A stretch of 64,000 nucleotides of DNA from Diplonema japonicum (taxonomy: Eukaryota; Protista; Euglenozoa: Diplonemea), in the NCBI GenBank assembly GCA_964019335.1, contig OZ025735.1, positions 186,001-250,000 on the forward strand. The letters run 5' to 3'. The translations under genes were made by a program, and so were the position numbers. Numbering within the stretch: the stretch's first letter is position 1; every line of letters begins with the position of its first letter. Positions 58,152 to 64,000 of this stretch are shown in pieces. Below the pieces are notes generated by a model. That model did not search any database and was not told the origin of the DNA. It saw only the letters and a program-made list of their open reading frames with translations.

Positions 58152-60206
58152 ATGTGGAAAATCGACACGGGGGCAGGCAGCAAAGAAAAGGAAAACAAGG
58201 CCAAAAAGGGGAAAGAGCTTCATGCCGAGGGCCAGCTGCTCATGAAAAAAGCCCCCGGCGCCAAGAACCCTGCAGCCGTGGCGGCACTTTACAGAGAAGC
58301 CGTCGACAAGTTCAACCAAGCCATCATCCTCCGCCCAGCAACCTCAAGATATTTCCATATCAGAGGCAACTGCTGGAGAAACCTAAGCGAATACAAACGA
58401 GCACTCTTTGACTACACAATGGCGATACAGATCGACGATTATAAACCCGAATACTACGGCTTCCGGGGAATCTGCTTCAGATACATGGGAAAGCTAGAGG
58501 ACTCCATTAACGACTTCATGCGTGCGATCCACCTAGACCCTGCAAACGGGACATGGTATTATCACCTCGGGCTGACATACTATGATCTAGGTGATAAACA
58601 AGGTGCAATTCAACAATACACGCAAGCTTTGAATCTGGAGGAGAAAAAGGAAAAAGAAAGTACGTCAGGGAAACGGATTCGCAGCAAAGCGCTGTATCAC
58701 AGAGGGAATACTTTAAGAGAAATGGGAAATCTCGATTTATCCGTGGCTGATTTGAAACAAGCTGTTGAAATGGAGGACAAGAACGCCATGGCGCACAACA
58801 ACTTAGGTTTGTCGCACTTTGAGAGGCAGGACCATAAGCTCGCCGTCCAGCATTTTTGGAAAGCGTTGGAAAACGATCCTGAAAAAGCGATTTTTTACAA
58901 CAACCGGGGTCTGGCTTACTTTCAGCTCCAACGGTACGACGAGGCTCTTGAAGATTTTGACAAAGCGATTCAGCGTGACTCCGGTAACGCTAACATTTAC
59001 TTCAACAGAGGCAACGCCGCATTGTGCATGAAGGCCTTCGACTCCGCGATCCAAGACTTCGACAATGCGATAAAAAGGGTCCCAAACGATGAAAACAACT
59101 ACCACTCGAAGGGAATCGTGTACCAAGAGCAAGGAAACAGCCAAGAAGCCATCACACAGTTCAAAAAAGCACTCAAAGTGAACCCGGACTTTATCCCGTC
59201 GCTGTTCCACCTCGGTTTGATGTACCACGTCTCACCATCTAACCAACTTTTCGCTGCAATGGAATGCTTCACCAAAGTCCTCCAAGCCGCTCCAGAAGAC
59301 CGCAGAGCATATGAATCCCTTGGTTTAGTATATTGCGACCTTCTGTACTACGATCTCGCCGTCGGTGCGTTTTCCAAAGCGATTTTGCTAAAACCGGATT
59401 ACCCGGTGAATTTCTTCTACCGTGGGAAGTCGTACCTGTGGTTAGGTCGGCACGACGAGGCTGTCAAGGATTTCAACACAGCATTCTCATTGGGGTGTCA
59501 TGACGCGCAGGTGTTCAACTCCCGTGCCATGGCCTACAAATATCTTAAGAAGTACCCGTTGGCGATAAAAGACCTCAAAGAAGCTACGGCGAGAGACCAG
59601 ACAAACGTGGAGTATCTGTACAACCGCGCGCATTGTTTCATGGACATCGGAAAATTCGCGGAAGCAACAGCAGACTTAACACAAGCGATTGGAATCGAAG
59701 GCGACGAAGCGAAACTGTATTTTCTCCGAGGGAAGGCCTTCTATCAGCTTCAAAAATACGGCGAAACCATCGCTGATCTACACAAATCCCTTGAGCTTGA
59801 CGCGCAGTCGCTGGAAGCGCACGACTGCTGGCACCATATGGGAATCGCATATGCGAATTCTAACCGACATTGTGAGGCTATCCGTGCGTTTACTAATGCA
59901 ATCCGACTTCGGCCTAACATGCCGTGTTATATTCATGAACGGGCCAAATCGTATCAAAATGAAGGGAAGTACGAGGATGCCATACACGACTTCACGAAGG
60001 TGATCCAGTTGCAGCCCACCAACGCGCGGGCGCACTTTCGACGGGCGTTCGCGTTCAAGTCTGTGGAGCGGTTTGAAGAGGCCGCGGAGGACTTCGAGAC
60101 TGCCCGGCAGCTGGACCCCTTGAACCCGAACCTCGTTGTTAACTACAAAAAGATATACGATGTGGAGTTTATTGAACTGTGCGCAGCAGGGGAAGAGATG
60201 CCTTGA
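58152..60206 (+). CDS. Multi-TPR protein
   Basis: About 17 consecutive 34-aa repeats (Y..RG......Y..A..DF..AI...P). Confidence 0.93.
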   Translation: MWKIDTGAGSKEKENKAKKGKELHAEGQLLMKKAPGAKNPAAVAALYREAVDKFNQAIILRPATSRYFHIRGNCWRNLSEYKRALFDYTMAIQIDDYKPEYYGFRGICFRYMGKLEDSINDFMRAIHLDPANGTWYYHLGLTYYDLGDKQGAIQQYTQALNLEEKKEKESTSGKRIRSKALYHRGNTLREMGNLDLSVADLKQAVEMEDKNAMAHNNLGLSHFERQDHKLAVQHFWKALENDPEKAIFYNNRGLAYFQLQRYDEALEDFDKAIQRDSGNANIYFNRGNAALCMKAFDSAIQDFDNAIKRVPNDENNYHSKGIVYQEQGNSQEAITQFKKALKVNPDFIPSLFHLGLMYHVSPSNQLFAAMECFTKVLQAAPEDRRAYESLGLVYCDLLYYDLAVGAFSKAILLKPDYPVNFFYRGKSYLWLGRHDEAVKDFNTAFSLGCHDAQVFNSRAMAYKYLKKYPLAIKDLKEATARDQTNVEYLYNRAHCFMDIGKFAEATADLTQAIGIEGDEAKLYFLRGKAFYQLQKYGETIADLHKSLELDAQSLEAHDCWHHMGIAYANSNRHCEAIRAFTNAIRLRPNMPCYIHERAKSYQNEGKYEDAIHDFTKVIQLQPTNARAHFRRAFAFKSVERFEEAAEDFETARQLDPLNPNLVVNYKKIYDVEFIELCAAGEEMP

Positions 60207-60218
60207 GGGAGGGGAAGG

Positions 60219-60260
<42 letters not shown>

Positions 60261-60282
60261 TGGTCTCTTTTATAAGAGTACC

Positions 60283-60327
<45 letters not shown>

Positions 60328-60784
60328 CCAGGCCCACAGGCTAATAACCGGAAAAAAAAGTCAATTCTCCTTTTTTAAGGAAATCAAAAAAAAAAAAGAA
60401 AAAGAAAAACAGAAAGAAATGGCAGCATTTAACCATATAAAGTGTTCTTTTTATGGAGAAGTGACCTGACCCTGTTTTGGTAAGGAGGGGGGAAAAGAAG
60501 TAAAAAAAAGGGGGGGGGGAAAGTGGAGAATAAATACTAAAATGCATAAAAACACTATTCTAGCCCAGATGTAGATTGCGTACCACTCTGGCGTCCGAGG
60601 CCTATCGGTGAGTTTTTTGGTACTTGTCGGTGTTTCGGGCTCCTGAAGATAACGGTGATGCCCCCCTTCAGGTGGAGTAGAGTATTCCACTAAATTCTTC
60701 GAAATAATGCCAAGAAGAAGGGCAGCATTTTTTAGCCAAAAAACAAAGTGGGAGAAAAAAAAAAAAAAAAAAAAGAAAAAAAAA

Positions 60785-61405
60785 ATGGATGTTTTCAATG
60801 GTGTGAGGGCGAACAGGATAATGGCGGCGTACTGTTTCCATGTGTTGGAGGCCAGGTTGAAGAGGTGGAAGGCGGGGGTACCCTGCAACGAAGATCTGGA
60901 CAAGAGTTTCAATGTGAACGGGCTGTTCGTCACGTATGAGAAGCTAGACGGGGATCTGAGGGGCTGCATCGGCACCTTCGCCCCCGGGAATCTTAAGAAG
61001 AGTTTAGAAGATTTCTCGCTGACCTCTGCATTAAGAGACTCCAGGTTTAGACCGATAGACACAGCGGAACTACCCACCTTGAAGTGCTCCATCACCGTTC
61101 TCTCTGAGATGTCAAAAATAGACTCTTGGGACGCGTGGGTACCTGGTAAACACGGAATTTACATAACTTTGCGGAAAAGCTCGCAAAACTACTCTGCCAC
61201 TTTTCTCCCAAGCGTGATTGTCGATCAGGGCTGGTCCAAACACCAGACCTTCGAGCACCTTCTTGCAAAGTCTGGTTACCGTGGTGAAATAAACAAATCG
61301 GTTTTCCAACAATGTGAAGTTCAGACCTACGAGGGGTCAAAGGATCACCTTACTTACGACGAATATAAAAATGAATTCAGAGAGAAATGGGGGTTCGATG
61401 TTTGA
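60785..61405 (+). CDS. AMMECR1: AMMECR1-domain protein
   Basis: LFVT, LRGCIGT, SALRDSRF.PI...EL..L, W..GKHGI, ATFLP.V...QGW, L..KSG. Confidence 0.92.
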   Translation: MDVFNGVRANRIMAAYCFHVLEARLKRWKAGVPCNEDLDKSFNVNGLFVTYEKLDGDLRGCIGTFAPGNLKKSLEDFSLTSALRDSRFRPIDTAELPTLKCSITVLSEMSKIDSWDAWVPGKHGIYITLRKSSQNYSATFLPSVIVDQGWSKHQTFEHLLAKSGYRGEINKSVFQQCEVQTYEGSKDHLTYDEYKNEFREKWGFDV

Positions 61406-61466
61406 TAGGTAGAAGTTGGAAAAAAAAATAAAATAAAATAAAAAAGTGTTTTGTTTTCTTGCCTCG

Positions 61467-61507
<41 letters not shown>

Positions 61508-61879
61508 CTTCTGAAGTCGGGCCGGTGAAAGGGGAAGAAAAGTGATGCCTTTTTCTTTGCCTTTTGATCGCCACGTGATTTGTGCTGCCCGGAAAACGTT
61601 TTTTTTTTCTTTTTCTTTTTTTCTTCCTTCTTTTTTTTTTCTTTTTCTTCCCCCCTCCCTATTCTATTTGAACCAAAAGAAATACAAAGTTGGATTTAGC
61701 CTGCGAAAGGTTTTTTAAGAATTTTGAATCTGAACAGGCAGTTGGCCAGGACAAATGCACAGGCAAGCCCTGCATATTGCACTGTAGGCTAACATGTCAG
61801 TATTGTAACAGGCACCCGTAATTTTCGCGTTTCCTTTCTACTCTTTGCAAAAACGAGTCTTTTTTTTTTTTTTTTTTTC

Positions 61880-61916
61880 AGGCGTCCTGCCACATACCGC
61901 AGGTACCCTTAAATGT

Positions 61917-61919
<3 letters not shown>
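61880..61919. repeat. 40-nt micro-repeat, copy 4
   Basis: Identical to copy 1; embedded in long T-tracts. Confidence 0.9.
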
Positions 61920-61970
<51 letters not shown>

Positions 61971-62157
61971 ACTTGTCTAGCAAAAAGGGCAACGTTTTGC
62001 CAACATTTCTTTAAAAAAAAAAAAGGGAAGGTTTCAAAACAAAAACAAAAAAAAGCCCCCCTGCAAAAAAAAAAAAACACTTCTTTTTTTTTTCCTTCTA
62101 AAAATCTCGTATTTTTTCAGCACTACAAAAAAAAGGGGGGGGGGGAGGCGAAGAAAA

Positions 62158-62883
62158 ATGAAAATCCTGTACCTCCATGGGTTTGAGGAGAACCGTCAAA
62201 GTGTGAAGCCGGCCTTCATCAGAAAGACGTACAGAAACATGCTCTTTCCTGACCTGGACATGTACTTATCGAAATGGAACAGCCCTGTCCGGTATGGGTT
62301 GGCGTCAAGCATAGGATTGGGAGGGATTCTGACTGGCGTTGTAACAGGAATGCTGAGCAATGCGTATGTTGACGGTGGCGGTGTGCTGGTGGGTCTCGCG
62401 GCGTGCTTGGCAGTGTTGTTCGGGGCGAAGGAGAAAATCGTGAGAAAAGGCGTGCAGGGCTCCTTTGACGCGACTAAAGAAATCGCGAAAGCCGCCATTG
62501 AAAAACACAACCCCGACCTCATTGTAGGATTTTCATGGGGCGGTGCGGTAGCCCTTGATCTTGTTGCTAGCAAAGATTTTACCGGCCCGCTTCTCCTCCT
62601 GTCGCCTGCTTACCACAAGCTTTACTCATTAATGTCTCAGCCTCTGCCTTCGTTAAGTCACAACACTGCTAAAATACATATTATTCACTCCAAGGATGAT
62701 ATTGTTTGTCCTATTGACAATTCGAAGGAGCTTTGTAACTCGGTTCCGTTCACTTCCCTCCAAGAAGTGGATTTCATGGGGCACAGGTTGTGGGAGTTGT
62801 GCGACACGGGGGACTTGATAAAAGGGATTGAACAGCTTTCGCCGGAGAAAGATGAGGTGAAGAAGGGTGAGGAAAAAAAATAG
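62158..62883 (+). CDS. Alpha/beta-hydrolase (YqiA/UPF0227-like) with hydrophobic insert
   Basis: YLHGF, GFSWGG nucleophile elbow, HSKDD and GH triad positions. Confidence 0.85.
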   Translation: MKILYLHGFEENRQSVKPAFIRKTYRNMLFPDLDMYLSKWNSPVRYGLASSIGLGGILTGVVTGMLSNAYVDGGGVLVGLAACLAVLFGAKEKIVRKGVQGSFDATKEIAKAAIEKHNPDLIVGFSWGGAVALDLVASKDFTGPLLLLSPAYHKLYSLMSQPLPSLSHNTAKIHIIHSKDDIVCPIDNSKELCNSVPFTSLQEVDFMGHRLWELCDTGDLIKGIEQLSPEKDEVKKGEEKK

Positions 62884-64000
62884 AAAGGTATTTTTTTTTT
62901 TTTTTTTTTTTTTAAATCTTTTCCACTCCCTTCCCGAATATTTAAAGAAAGGAAAAAAGAAGAAAAAAAAAGAAAAAAAAAAAAAAAAAACGTTGTTCTG
63001 ATACGACCGCGTGCACATAGCCCTCTCAATTTTTTTTTTTTTTCACTTTTTGCCCCCCTGCCCCCCCTAATATTGTTCGTTGTCTTTCCCTTATTAACTA
63101 CTCACTAGCAACCACGTCATGGGAGCCAAAATTGGAGAAAAGAAAATAAAATAATTTGTTCGCTGGTATCAATCTCCCCCCCTCCCTTTTTTTATTATTA
63201 TTGTAAAGTGAAAAGAACTCCCGGACTATTCGTCAGGACGACCTTCTTTTTCACTTTTCGTTCCCCTTTGCTGCTGTGATCCCGACATATTGAGAAAGAA
63301 AAGAAAAAGAAAAGAATAGAAAAAAAAAATAATAGAGGAGCTTCATTTTTTTTTTTTTTTTTTTTTCCCACCTACTGCGTCGTTATCATGAGTTTATTTT
63401 ATTTCTATTTTTTATTTTTTTGTGATGAAGAAGGCCCCCCCCCCCCCCCCCCCCCTCTTCCTAGCACTCCTTTTAAAAAAGGATTAACGTTGCTGGTGGC
63501 CTTCCCCCGATGACCTTCCGCAAGAGAGCTGGCCCGGCCAGCGACGAGGGTAAAAAGCTCATTTTCATTGATTATAGAGGCCTCTTTGATGGTGTCGCTG
63601 TTGGGCTTAACGCATGTCTTACTTCAGCGGGCCTTGCTTGTCGCCTCCTGTCGAAGTGCTTGTTTGTGGTATTTTGAATTTATGTAACCGGGGCCCTTGG
63701 ATGAACAGAAGAAAAGAAAAAGGGAGGAAAAAAAAAGAAGCTGTTATTGTAATTATCAAAAAGAAAGAAAGAAAGAAAGAATAATTTTGTGTGAGGAGGT
63801 AGTAGTTTGTGACCCCGAGTTCTTTTTTTTTTTTTTTTTTTTTTTTTCAGGGGACAACGGGGACTAAGCGCAACTCGGTCGGTGAGCGCAAAAACGCATA
63901 CCTTAAAAGAATAGTTTTGCTGAAGTGATATACTCGGGAAGTTAGAACAAAGGGGAGCGTTTCACAAACAAAACCTTGATTATAAAAAGATTTTTCTTTT

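Noticed and set aside
60620-60690. Penelope-type hammerhead ribozyme on the minus strand (cctgaagg-gggc...gccc-gaaac)
   Set aside because: Core reads CUGAAGG rather than CUGANGA and no stem III or cleavage triplet is evident; at best a decayed relic.
1843-62186. Many short poly-Lys/poly-Phe ORFs in the ORF track
   Set aside because: They are translations of A/T homopolymer tracts in spacers or introns.
1-64000. Spliced-leader RNA gene, rRNA, or CRISPR array
   Set aside because: No euglenozoan SL core (cagtttctgtact) noticed by eye, no rRNA-like sequence and no regularly spaced repeats; the 40-nt repeat is dispersed and unlike the SL.

Overview
Eukaryotic nuclear DNA, most likely a euglenozoan protist of diplonemid type (inferred from gene organisation, not from a marker gene). 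About 24 protein genes all lie on the + strand with very short, homopolymer-rich spacers, as in a polycistronic directional gene cluster. Nine genes can be rebuilt through 21 GT-AG introns. Seventeen are tiny (40-78 nt) and four are expanded by transposon insertions; most carry an A- or purine-tract where a polypyrimidine tract normally sits. Recognisable products include an SMSr/SAMD8-like synthase, a MAPR cytochrome-b5-like protein, TPMT, an AAA ATPase, Tubby, a PAS-HATPase-REC-STE kinase hybrid, a cyclin, an F-box/FIST protein, NADH-cytochrome b5 reductase, a GT71 mannosyltransferase, a SEL1-repeat protein, a TPR protein and AMMECR1. Mobile DNA is dense: a 5'-truncated LINE with an open ORF plus two relics, decayed piggyBac and pogo elements, Sola-like, CACTA-like and hAT-like MITEs, a poly(A)-tailed retroposon, and a 40-nt micro-repeat in four copies. 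The most striking feature is a set of five elements with no TIRs or TSDs. They belong to several sequence families but share one architecture: a left hairpin with tandem G.A mismatches and a GNA loop, an internal segment complementary to the joined right+left ends, and a right subterminal palindrome. Three of the five sit inside the tiny introns. This suggests non-autonomous elements that move through an ssDNA or circular intermediate (Crypton- or Helentron-like; inference).
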